DNA of 10,839 bases from a bacterium (GTDB lineage Bacteria; BMS3Abin14): the NCBI GenBank assembly GCA_020349685.1, contig CP070698.1, forward strand, positions 1,991,014 to 2,001,852, read 5' to 3'. Of this stretch, positions 1-8,400 are shown piece after piece. The notes under the pieces are model-generated. The model ran no database searches, was not told the DNA's origin, and was given only the letters and a program-made list of their open reading frames with translations. Each line of letters starts with the position of its first letter. The stretch's first letter is position 1. Both the position numbers and the translations under genes were made by a program.

Positions 1-1
1 C

Positions 2-1447
2 ACCCCCGTTGCCGACGCTTTTTTTGTTGCCTTCAGGATTCCCAACCTGATGCGACAGCTCTTCGGAGAGGGAGCCCTGGCCTCCTCCTTCGTCCCCGTA
101 TACACGGATATCCTGGAAAAAGAAGGAAATGAGAGGGCGGGTCATTTCGCAAGCAACCTGTTTTCTCTCTTACTGCTGGTCCTGACTGTTCTGACGTGTG
201 TGGGCGTTCTTTTCGCGCCCTGGCTGGTAAGGTTCATCGCCCTTGGTTTTGTGCCAGGTTCTGAGGTTTTCAACCTTACCGTTCTCTTAACCCGGTGGAT
301 GCTGCCCTATATGGTCTTCATCTGTGCGGCCGCCATGGGGATGGGGATCCTTAACAGCCATGACCACTTCCTGATCCCCGCAGCGGCTCCCGCCCTGCTC
401 AATGTGTCCATTATCCTGGCGGCCCTCGTCGTCGCACCCCTGTTGGATGTGCCTATCATCGCCCTTGCCTGGGGTGTCCTCCTGGGCGGTGTCCTTCAGC
501 TCCTTGTCCAGATCCCGCCCATGAAGCGGATGGGGGTGGCCCCCGGGTTAAGGATCCCGATGCTGTCACCCGAGGTCAGAAGGATGGCCATCATAATGGG
601 TCCCGCCGTTCTCGGTGTAGCTGTTTATCAGGTCAATGTCCTCGTGGACACCCTCCTGGCTTCCTTCCTTCCAGCGGGCAGTATCACCTATCTGTGGTAC
701 GGCAACCGGATGATGCAGTTTCCTCTGGGTGTCTTCGGGATAGCATTGGCCACCGCCGCCCTTCCCACCCTTTCATCGCAGGTAGCCCAGAAAAGAATGG
801 ACGATTTCAGAAATACTGTGTCCTTTTCCCTGGGACTCACGGCGTTTATCGGCATCCCTGCCGCAATGGGGCTTATCATCCTCAGGGAGCCGATCATAGC
901 GACCTTGTTCGGCAGGGGTGCTTTCGGTGCCGGAGACGTGAAGGGAGCCGGGCTGGCCCTGCTCTATTACTCCATCGGGATCCCCCTCTTTATAGGAGTA
1001 AAGATCCTTGGAAGGGCCTTTTATGCCCTCGAGAATACCCGCATTCCCTTTCTGGCGGCCGGGACGGCGCTCGTGGTCAATATCATTTTTAACCTCCTTC
1101 TCATGGGACCCATGGGTTACGCCGGACTGGCTCTGGCAACCTCCCTCGCTTCGGCAGTCAACCTGGCCATCCTGGCAAGGTATTTCTCGCTCAAGGCCGG
1201 TAACGGCTGGCTCGATCGGGACCTGGTAAGGGAGGTCTACTGCTCTCTTGGCGCCGCTGCACTTATGGTGCTGGCGACCGGAGCCTTTGCCGCGCGCATT
1301 ACCTGGATGGAACTTTCCACGGTTATGCGCGCTCAGTACCTGGTCGGTTGTGTGGGTCTGGGGATTGGTGTATACTCGATCTCGGCATGGATTTTTGGCT
1401 GTAAAGGTATGAAAACGTTAGGAAAGAGGCTTTTTAAAAAAGAGTGA
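2..1447 (+). CDS. murJ: Lipid II flippase MurJ (MviN), 5'-truncated by the window edge
   Basis: The frame is open from nt 2 and reads TPVADAFFVAFRIPNLMRQLFGEGAL, the MurJ N-terminal motif, so the ATG at 50 is internal. Also has YGNRMMQFPLGVFG, RAFYALENTRIP and GLALATS motifs and many hydrophobic segments. Stop TGA at 1445-1447. Confidence 0.96.
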   Translation, partial: TPVADAFFVAFRIPNLMRQLFGEGALASSFVPVYTDILEKEGNERAGHFASNLFSLLLLVLTVLTCVGVLFAPWLVRFIALGFVPGSEVFNLTVLLTRWMLPYMVFICAAAMGMGILNSHDHFLIPAAAPALLNVSIILAALVVAPLLDVPIIALAWGVLLGGVLQLLVQIPPMKRMGVAPGLRIPMLSPEVRRMAIIMGPAVLGVAVYQVNVLVDTLLASFLPAGSITYLWYGNRMMQFPLGVFGIALATAALPTLSSQVAQKRMDDFRNTVSFSLGLTAFIGIPAAMGLIILREPIIATLFGRGAFGAGDVKGAGLALLYYSIGIPLFIGVKILGRAFYALENTRIPFLAAGTALVVNIIFNLLLMGPMGYAGLALATSLASAVNLAILARYFSLKAGNGWLDRDLVREVYCSLGAAALMVLATGAFAARITWMELSTVMRAQYLVGCVGLGIGVYSISAWIFGCKGMKTLGKRLFKKE

Positions 1448-1448
1448 C

Positions 1449-1549
1449 TATCTATCGAAGTCACTACGTATCGACGTGTCAACGTTCCTCTGTGCATTGA
1501 TAAATCCGTACGATGACACCTCGATATCTCGACACATATTAGTTAGATA
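1449..1549. repeat. Imperfect intergenic inverted repeat built from 8-nt degenerate tandem units
   Basis: 1469-1485 TATCGACGTGTCAACGT matches the reverse complement of 1510-1526 at 15/17 positions. Outer TATCTA (1449-1454) pairs with TAGATA (1544-1549). Left units include TCTATCGA, CGTATCGA, CGTGTCAA. Right units are ATGACACC, TCGATATC, TCGACACA. Confidence 0.6.
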
Positions 1550-1573
1550 CCTGGATAAAGGGAAACAGAAACT

Positions 1574-2035
1574 ATGTCGGAACGTTATTTCACCGTACCC
1601 TTCGAAATGGGAAGGGTCGTCATCCACACCGGCGAAGATGGAAGAGTGGAAGCGATCCATTTCGATCTCGAAAACGACCACAGGGAGAGGGAGGCGGTTT
1701 CGGGACCGGGGACCAGGGTCCGCAGCTATCTCGAAGGCAGGGAGGTCCGGTGGGATTTTGAGCTCAACCTCGACGGCCTGACCGCTTTCAGGCGCAAGGT
1801 TTACGAGAGGGTGGCCCGGATCCCCTACGGGAAGACAGCGACCTACGGTGAGATCGCGGCTGATGTGGGTTGCACAGGAGGCGCCAGGGCCGTCGGACAG
1901 GCCATGGCGTGCAACATGTTCCCGCTGGTCGTACCGTGCCACAGGGTTGTAGCGGGGAACGGGAAGATAGGAGGATTTTCCTCAGGTGTCCCCTTGAAAC
2001 GTTACCTGCTGAAACTGGAGGGTATTGATATTTGA
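1574..2035 (+). CDS. ogt: Methylated-DNA--protein-cysteine S-methyltransferase (O6-alkylguanine alkyltransferase)
   Basis: Has [20 protein letters not shown] and the active-site PCHRVV motif, plus C-terminal [10 protein letters not shown] purine-rich AAAGGGA lies upstream of the ATG. Confidence 0.95.
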   Translation: MSERYFTVPFEMGRVVIHTGEDGRVEAIHFDLENDHREREAVSGPGTRVRSYLEGREVRWDFELNLDGLTAFRRKVYERVARIPYGKTATYGEIAADVGCTGGARAVGQAMACNMFPLVVPCHRVVAGNGKIGGFSSGVPLKRYLLKLEGIDI

Positions 2036-2472
2036 GGGCATTGATCCAGAGGGTCAACTGGGCAAGGGTTGATGTGGGCGGCAGCACAATCGGTTCTACC
2101 GGGAAGGGGATACTGGTCCTGCTCGGTGTCGCCCTATCGGATGGCGAGAAGGACGCGAAGTATCTCTCCTCCAAAACCGTCTCCCTCAGGATCTTTGAAG
2201 ACGATGAGGGCAAGATGAACCTCTCGGTAAGGGACACGGGAGGAGAAATCATGGTTGTATCCCAATTTACCCTGCTGGCGGATACCAGGAAAGGAAACAG
2301 GCCCGGTTTCGGGGCAGCGGCTCTTCCGGAAACAGCGGAGCCCCTCTATGAACTGTTTGTCCGTGAGCTCAGGGATCTGGGACTGAAGGTTCAAACCGGC
2401 GCCTTCGGCGCCCGGATGAAGGTCTCGCTGGAAAACGACGGACCGGTGACCATCCTTTTGGAGTCAAAATGA
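2032..2472 (+). CDS. dtd: D-aminoacyl-tRNA deacylase
   Basis: MRALIQRV N-terminus, [24 protein letters not shown] and NDGPVT (Gly-Pro) motifs. The TTG start overlaps the ogt stop (TTGA), with GGAGGG at 2017-2022. Confidence 0.97.
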   Translation: MRALIQRVNWARVDVGGSTIGSTGKGILVLLGVALSDGEKDAKYLSSKTVSLRIFEDDEGKMNLSVRDTGGEIMVVSQFTLLADTRKGNRPGFGAAALPETAEPLYELFVRELRDLGLKVQTGAFGARMKVSLENDGPVTILLESK

Positions 2473-2485
2473 CTCCAAAAGGATG
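2451..2485. repeat. Perfect 16-bp inverted repeat with 3-nt loop spanning the dtd stop codon
   Basis: CATCCTTTTGGAGTCA (2451-2466), AAA, TGACTCCAAAAGGATG (2470-2485). The two arms are exact reverse complements. Confidence 0.9.
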
Positions 2486-2486
2486 A

Positions 2487-2593
2487 AGCACGCAGAACGC
2501 AGCACACAGGAAGCAGAAAAGAAAAAAATCAGATCTCGAGCTGGAAACGGTTCATTTGAAATTTGAAATTAATATTTTTTTAGATCTTAGATC
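2487..2593. repeat. Intergenic tracts of degenerate 7-nt tandem repeats
   Basis: AGCACGC AGAACGC AGCACAC AGGAAGC AGAAAAG (2487-2521), ATTTGAA ATTTGAA ATT (2554-2570) and TTAGATC TTAGATC (2580-2593). Confidence 0.65.
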
Positions 2594-2599
2594 AACAAC

Positions 2600-2606
2600 A
2601 GGAGAG
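2600..2606 (+). promoter_or_regulatory. Shine-Dalgarno site for the MBL-fold hydrolase
   Basis: AGGAGAG ends 6 nt before the ATG at 2613. Confidence 0.7.
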
Positions 2607-2612
2607 ATCTTT

Positions 2613-3245
2613 ATGGCGAAACTTGTGATTGAACATCTGCTCGTCGGCCCCCTGCAGTCGAACTGCTTTATCCTTGGAGACGAGGAATCCGGCGAAGCCG
2701 TCATTATCGATCCGGGCGGGGATGGGGATATGATCCTCAACGCGGTCCTTGAAAAACCCTGGAAAGTAACAGCCATTCTCAACACCCACGCCCATTTCGA
2801 TCACATCGCGGCCAATGCGGCTGTCAAAAGGGGCACGGGTGCGCCCCTCATGGCCCCCAGACCGGACGCGCCGTTCATGGCCCAGGCCCACATTTCCGCC
2901 AGAATTTACGGTCTGGAGGTGGATTCCTCACCGGAACCTGACAAACTGCTTGACGACGGCGACGAGATCGATCTCGGTGATGAGAAAATACAGGTCATCT
3001 CGACACCGGGTCACACTCCGGGAGGCGCGACCTTCGTGACCTCCATCGGTATTTTTCCGGGAGATTCCATTTTCGCCGGTTCCATCGGCCGGACCGATCT
3101 GCCGGGGGGTGATTATGATACGCTTATCGACTCGATCAAGACCCGGATCATGTCGCTGGACGACGAGACTCTCATATACCCCGGACACGGGCCAGCCACA
3201 ACGGTGGGACGCGAGAGGGAATACAATCCCTTCCTGGTGGTGTAG
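2613..3245 (+). CDS. MBL-fold metallo-hydrolase, glyoxalase II/YcbL-like
   Basis: Has THAHFDH (HxHxDH), TPGHTPG, GDSIFAGSIGRTDLPGGD and YPGHG motifs. I placed the start at ATG 2613 (strong SD) rather than TTG 2556. Confidence 0.92.
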   Translation: MAKLVIEHLLVGPLQSNCFILGDEESGEAVIIDPGGDGDMILNAVLEKPWKVTAILNTHAHFDHIAANAAVKRGTGAPLMAPRPDAPFMAQAHISARIYGLEVDSSPEPDKLLDDGDEIDLGDEKIQVISTPGHTPGGATFVTSIGIFPGDSIFAGSIGRTDLPGGDYDTLIDSIKTRIMSLDDETLIYPGHGPATTVGREREYNPFLVV

Positions 3246-3292
3246 ATCAGCCGGTTTCGCCTTGGAAAGGGCCGGCAGGAGGAGGCGGGAGC

Positions 3293-4519
3293 ATGAAGAG
3301 CGGTGAGACCGGACAGCTTGCCGGGAAAAATGTTCTCCTGGGGGTGACGGGAGGGATCGGTGCCTATAAAGCGGCATACCTGGTGCGAGAACTGCAGCGC
3401 CAGGGTGCGGTAGTTTCCGTGGTCATGACCGAAAGCGCCACCAGATTCATCGCACCCCTGACCATGGAAACCCTCAGTGGCCATCCCGTGGGACTTGACA
3501 TGTTCTCCCTTACCGAAGAAAGGACCATTGGGCACATCGACCGGGCCGGCTGGGCGGATGTGTTCCTGGTGGCCCCGGCCACGGCCAATTATATCGGGAA
3601 GGCCGCTTGCGGCATAGCAGACGACCTCCTCACGACGATCACCCTTGCCGTGACGTGTCCGGTAGTCCTGGCCCCCGCCATGAACTCGCGGATGTGGGCC
3701 CATCCAGCCGTCAGGAAGAACCTCGAAACGCTTGTCCAACGTGGTGTCTATGTCGTCTGGCCTGGTGAGGGAGAGTTGGCCTGCAGGGAGGAGGGGCCGG
3801 GCCGGCTGGCCGAGACGGGCGACATCGTCAAAACGGTGGCGGGCTGTTTTGAAGCCGGGGATCTGTCCGACATAAGGGTGCTCATTACAGCAGGCCCCAC
3901 GAGGGAACCGTTAGACCCGGTCCGATTTATCAGCAACAGGTCCTCCGGGCGCATGGGATTCGCCCTTGCGAAAGCCGCTGTCAGGAGGGGAGCCAGGGTT
4001 CAGATCATCTCGGGACCGGTGGAAGTTGCCGCTCCCGCCGAGGCATCGGTCAGGAGGGTCAACACGGCAAGGGAAATGCTGTCCCAGATTGAACAGGTGC
4101 TTCCGGATTCGGACTGGCTTGTCATGGCGGCTGCGGTGGCTGACTTTGCACCCTCCAGCGTTCACAAGGACAAGGTCAAGAAGGGTGACATGCTAGAGCT
4201 TACACTCACCCTTGCCAGGAATCCCGACATTCTGGAGACGTTGAAACCATTCAAGGGCGGCAGATTGTTCGTCGGGTTCGCGGCCGAAACACGGGACATG
4301 TTGGAAAACGCGAGGAAAAAGGCCAAGGAAAAGGGCCTGGACCTCATCGTGGCCAATGACGTTTCCGGCCAGGAAACAGGATTCGAGACGGATGAGAACA
4401 GCGGTGTGATCCTGGATCAAGGGGATCTTGCCGAGGAGGTTCCCAGGATGACCAAGCTCCAGATGGCCGACAGGATCCTGGACGCCGCATTGAAGGTCTG
4501 GAAAGAGAAAGGCAACTAA
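3293..4519 (+). CDS. coaBC: Bifunctional phosphopantothenoylcysteine decarboxylase / phosphopantothenate--cysteine ligase
   Basis: CoaC motifs: LLGVTGGIGAYKA, APATAN, PAMNSRM and LAC...GPGRL. CoaB motifs: TAGPTREPLDPVRFISNRSSGRMG, AAVADF, NPDIL, GFAAET and IVANDV. AGGAGGAGG lies upstream. Confidence 0.97.
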   Translation: MKSGETGQLAGKNVLLGVTGGIGAYKAAYLVRELQRQGAVVSVVMTESATRFIAPLTMETLSGHPVGLDMFSLTEERTIGHIDRAGWADVFLVAPATANYIGKAACGIADDLLTTITLAVTCPVVLAPAMNSRMWAHPAVRKNLETLVQRGVYVVWPGEGELACREEGPGRLAETGDIVKTVAGCFEAGDLSDIRVLITAGPTREPLDPVRFISNRSSGRMGFALAKAAVRRGARVQIISGPVEVAAPAEASVRRVNTAREMLSQIEQVLPDSDWLVMAAAVADFAPSSVHKDKVKKGDMLELTLTLARNPDILETLKPFKGGRLFVGFAAETRDMLENARKKAKEKGLDLIVANDVSGQETGFETDENSGVILDQGDLAEEVPRMTKLQMADRILDAALKVWKEKGN

Positions 4520-4524
4520 AGCTG

Positions 4525-4682
4525 AACCGCAGAGGACGCGGAGGAACGCAGAGGAGATCTTGAATATAGGGGAGAGACAAATCCCCTTTCACGTACTTTT
4601 AATGTTTAAAAATAATAATCATCCTGGATCCTAGCTTTCATGTTCTTGATTTTCTTCGCGTCCCTCCGCGAACTCTGCGGTT
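4525..4682. repeat. 158-bp MITE/REP-like element: GC-rich terminal inverted arms of CGCRGAG units around an AT-rich core
   Basis: Left arm AACCGCAGAGGACGCGGAGGAACGC. Reverse complement of the right arm AACCGCAGAGTTCGCGGAGGGACGC. They match at 22/25 positions, with weaker pairing to about 42 bp. Confidence 0.8.
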
Positions 4683-4705
4683 AAATTGTTTTAAAGGTAA
4701 ATAAT

Positions 4706-5380
4706 ATGGATTACCTGAAAAAACTCTACCTCGAGAGCATCGGCGTCCTGTACCTGCCAGGCGGTATTCCGGAAGTGGACAGGCAGACCAGAGGGTCTGG
4801 CCAGGAGTTTGATACGCTCGAGCAGCTCAGGGACGAGATCGGCGACTGCCAGCGATGTCAGCTGTCGAAGGGGAGAACGAATCTCGTCTTCGGCGTGGGG
4901 AATCCGGAAGCGGATCTCGTCTTCGTAGGTGAAGCGCCCGGCGGGGACGAAGACCTCCAAGGGGAACCTTTCGTCGGGAAAGCCGGGCAGCTGCTCACGA
5001 AGATCATAGCTGCCATGGGGCTGACCCGCGAGGATGTTTACATCTGCAACGTCGTCAAATGCAGGCCTCCCGGCAACAGGGATCCCCTGCCGGCGGAGAT
5101 CGAAATGTGCGAGCCTTTCTTAAAGCAGCAGATCAGGATCATCAAGCCGCGCGTCATCTGCGCGCTGGGAAGCTTCGCATCGCAGACCCTTTTAAAGAGT
5201 GAGGTGCGGATCTCGCGTTTGAGAGGGCAGTTTCGTGATTATGAAGGTATACCCCTGATGCCCACCTATCACCCTTCTTTCCTTCTGAGAAACCCCCATG
5301 CCAAACGAGATGTATGGGAAGACATCAAGATGGTAATGGGAGCTCTAGGCCTTCCCTTTCCCAGGCACAGTGACAATTGA
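4706..5380 (+). CDS. Uracil-DNA glycosylase, family 4 ([4Fe-4S]-containing)
   Basis: CQRC, VGEAPG, GEPFVGKAG, NVVKCRPPGNRDP, a fourth Cys in EMCEPF, and TYHPS. AAAGGT lies upstream of the ATG. Confidence 0.95.
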   Translation: MDYLKKLYLESIGVLYLPGGIPEVDRQTRGSGQEFDTLEQLRDEIGDCQRCQLSKGRTNLVFGVGNPEADLVFVGEAPGGDEDLQGEPFVGKAGQLLTKIIAAMGLTREDVYICNVVKCRPPGNRDPLPAEIEMCEPFLKQQIRIIKPRVICALGSFASQTLLKSEVRISRLRGQFRDYEGIPLMPTYHPSFLLRNPHAKRDVWEDIKMVMGALGLPFPRHSDN

Positions 5381-5416
5381 ACTGAGTCTGGCTGTTCACA
5401 GGGATCAGATCACACC

Positions 5417-8400
5417 TTGAAAAGGCGCATCCTGGCATTTTTCATCGTTCTTGTCCTTGCTGGGTTCACAGTCGGGATGAAGATCGCGTCGAGCCCGGCT
5501 CTGGACCGGTGGCTAAAGGATACGATCGTCCAGCAGGCCAGGAAACACCTGGGTGTTCAACTTGAGCTCGGCCAGCTCGAACGTAACATCACCCTGACCA
5601 GCATCACCCTCACAGACGTCACTTTGAAGGACCTGAGAGGTACGGGTGACTCCCTGTCTGTTTCCCGCCTTGCGGTGACCATCGACCCTTATGCCTTTTT
5701 CAGGGGAAAGATCCTCGTCAGGGATCTTAAACTCGAGGGCATGTTCCTGAATGTTGTCCGCGGGGAGGATGGCACAATTTCCGTGGAGCCCCTGTTTCCT
5801 TTCTGGCAGACCAGGGAGGGCCCCAGGAAAAAAGCAGCTAAAATAGGTTTTGAGATCGGTGACGTGGCTTTTCTCGATGTCGATCTTTCCTACCGGGACA
5901 GGCCGGCCGGCGTTAACCTGGAGCTCGATGACGTTGTCATCTTTCTTGTCCGCAAACGGTACGATCCTCCGGACAAAAGAACGATCAGCATCGGCGCAAA
6001 GACCGGTAACCTGGGCTGGAAAGTGTTTCCTGAGGGACGCACCGTAGCCATAGATACGTTGTCCGGTCAGTTCAGCATAAACCCCGATGAATTGCGTGTG
6101 TCCAAGCTTGCCATCCACACTGGACCCTTGTCCCTCCAGTTGTCCGGCAGCCTTCCTTTCAGGAGAGGGTCGATCTTAAATGGCGATCTGAAGGTGGACA
6201 TGGATATAGGGAAGCTTCCATGGCTGATTGCCGGCAGCGAGGGACTTGTGAGCCTCACCGGTAATGTCGGTGGAGATCTGTCAACCCCTTCCTTCAGGGG
6301 ACAGCTCAACGCCAGGGACCTTGGCCTCGCCGGTCGTAAAATGGACGGGGTGAACGCCGACGTCTTCCTGGATTCCAAGGGCTGCAGCCTCAGGGATGGA
6401 AAGATCAGTTACAAGGGAGAGCAGCTGCTTACCGAGATCGACCTGTCCTTTAAAAGGAACCTTCCTTTTACCGCGCGTGTTCGAGTGCAGGAATACCAGT
6501 TAGGTAAGTTGCTGGAGGAGATCGGCGCCAGGACTGAACTGGCCAAAGGTCTTATCAACGCGGATCTCACCCTGAAGGGCCTGCTTTCGGGGGGAAGCGC
6601 CGACATCAGTATGGAAGGCAGTCTTCAGATCCCTGTCAGGAAGGATGCCCTCCGTACCCTGGAATTTGACCTGTCGGGTCGGTACCAGGGAGGAGGGCTT
6701 CAGGATCTTCTCCTCGAGGCCCGTACAGGTGGCATGAGGCTCGACATGGCCGGTTCCCTGTCCGCCGCCGGTCCTCGATTGACCCTGGCCCTCGCCGACG
6801 AGAATCTCGAAAATTGGCGTGAAATTCCCGGATTGGAGGAGTTCGGCGGGTCCCTTGTCCTCAATGGCGTACTGAAGGGGAGCTGGGAAGATCCAACGGC
6901 CAACCTCGACGTGGAATTTCTGAAACCTTCCTGGAGCCGGTTCAGAGGGGATCTGGTCCAGGCCCACCTGGATGTGGATCGTTCAGGCTTGAACCTGCCG
7001 ATGCTGACTGTAAAAAAGGGGGCTTTCACCGCTTCAGGAAGGGCGTCACTACCTTTTCGTGGCGACAGCCGGCAGGGCTGGGTAAGTGTCAGCGTAAACA
7101 GAGGACCGGTGGAGGATCTTCTGGAAGCTGCCGACCTGGATCTTGAGATAAGGGGGGACATCAACGGCAACCTGTACGCCTTTTCGACAGCGGAGGGGTG
7201 GAAGGCGGAAGGCACGTTGTCCCTGCTTTCAGGACGCATCCTTCAGGAGCCGTTTGATGAAATTAACATCGAAGCTGACATCGAGGAGGGCCTCCTGACG
7301 TTGCATAACCTGACGATCCTCAAGGGCGGCAGCCGCCTGGAAGGATCCGGGAGCATGGCGGGCGACGAATTCCAGATGAAGATCCAGACCCGGGAGCCCG
7401 TTCGTGTTGAGGAGGTTCAATACCTGGGGATCATCAAGGTACCGCTGGCCGGACAGCTCTCGCTCTCGGGGGTGGTTTCAGGAAAGAGAGACGGAAGCGG
7501 GTTGCGGGCTAGGGCAGAACTTGAATGGGACCAGCTCAACTACGAGGGCCGGAGTTGGGGTTCCGGAAAAGGCACTTTCCTCTTCAGGGGGCCGGAACTG
7601 GAGGCGAAAGCAGATCTGCTTGACGGGAAATTGTCGGCCACCGCGAAGGTTACCCTTCGCTCTGCGCTGCCTTTTTCCGGTAAGATCTTTACCCCAGCCA
7701 CTATTGACCGTGTGGGCCTGAACAACTTTCTCGGCCTCGGCATCCCTGGAGAGATCTTCTCGGGAAAGATGGCTGTAGACGCAAGTGCCAGTGGGCTGCT
7801 GACGGATGTGAGAAAAACACAGGTCGAGGGGATCATCTCGGACGCCGACTTTACTATCAACGGAATACAGTTCAACTCCGTGGACCGGGTGCCTTTCAAT
7901 TATTACCCTGAAACCGGTATCAGGTTTACAAAACTGCCGCTGCGCTCGGGCGGATCGGTGATCAACGGCAATCTGCGCATCGCTCCGGATGCAGGCATCG
8001 AAGGCGCCCTGGATGGCAGCATCGATCTGGAGGGTTTGGCCTTCCTTGAGCCCACGGTCGACACCTTTTCGGGACAGGCCATGACCCAGCTCAAGGTCAC
8101 GGGCAGCCTTTCGGAGCCGATCCTCAACGGTTCCATCGAACTTGACGGAACCGAGTGTGTCGCTCATTTGCCCTTCGATCTTCCCATCAGCGACGTGGAG
8201 GGAAAACTCGAGATCGTCGGTAACCGCTTGCACATCGGAGAGATACGCGGCAGACCTGAAGGCGGACGCCTGTGGATGTCAGGAGAGCTTTTCATGTCCC
8301 GTTTCAAGCCCTACCAGGGCTCCCTTCAATGGAAAGCGGAGGCGGTGCCCATCAGTTTTCCGGAGGGTCTCGAAACCGTAAACCGCGCTGATCTGGGTCT

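Noticed and set aside
50-52. ATG at 50 as the murJ start
   Set aside because: The conserved MurJ sequence continues in frame to the window edge, so the real start is upstream.
1448-1942. ORFs 1448-1942 (-) and 1476-1781 (+) covering the murJ-ogt spacer
   Set aside because: Both overlap ogt extensively and have no recognisable motifs, so they are shadow ORFs.
1445-2472. Selenocysteine or readthrough at TGA stops next to hairpins (murJ, dtd)
   Set aside because: Both proteins are complete at the TGA, and readthrough meets another in-frame stop within about 30 codons.
2556-2593. Sigma70 promoter using TTGAAA as -35
   Set aside because: There is no convincing -10 hexamer at 16-18 nt spacing from either TTGAAA copy. 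A promoter in this AT-rich stretch is possible but unsupported.
2556-2612. TTG-initiated 19-aa extension of the MBL hydrolase
   Set aside because: It runs through AT-rich heptamer repeats and has no SD. ATG 2613 has AGGAGAG and a typical family N-terminus.
3250-3286. GCCGG...CCGGC stem between the MBL gene and coaBC
   Set aside because: The stem is short and interrupted, has no U-tract, and is expected by chance in GC-rich DNA.
2487-4682. Intergenic repeats as a CRISPR array or autonomous IS
   Set aside because: Units are 7-10 nt with no unique spacers, and there is no cas, transposase or integrase gene in the window.
5378-5398. TGAAC/GTTCA stem over the udg stop
   Set aside because: It is only 5 bp, too weak to support a general pattern of stop codons buried in stems.
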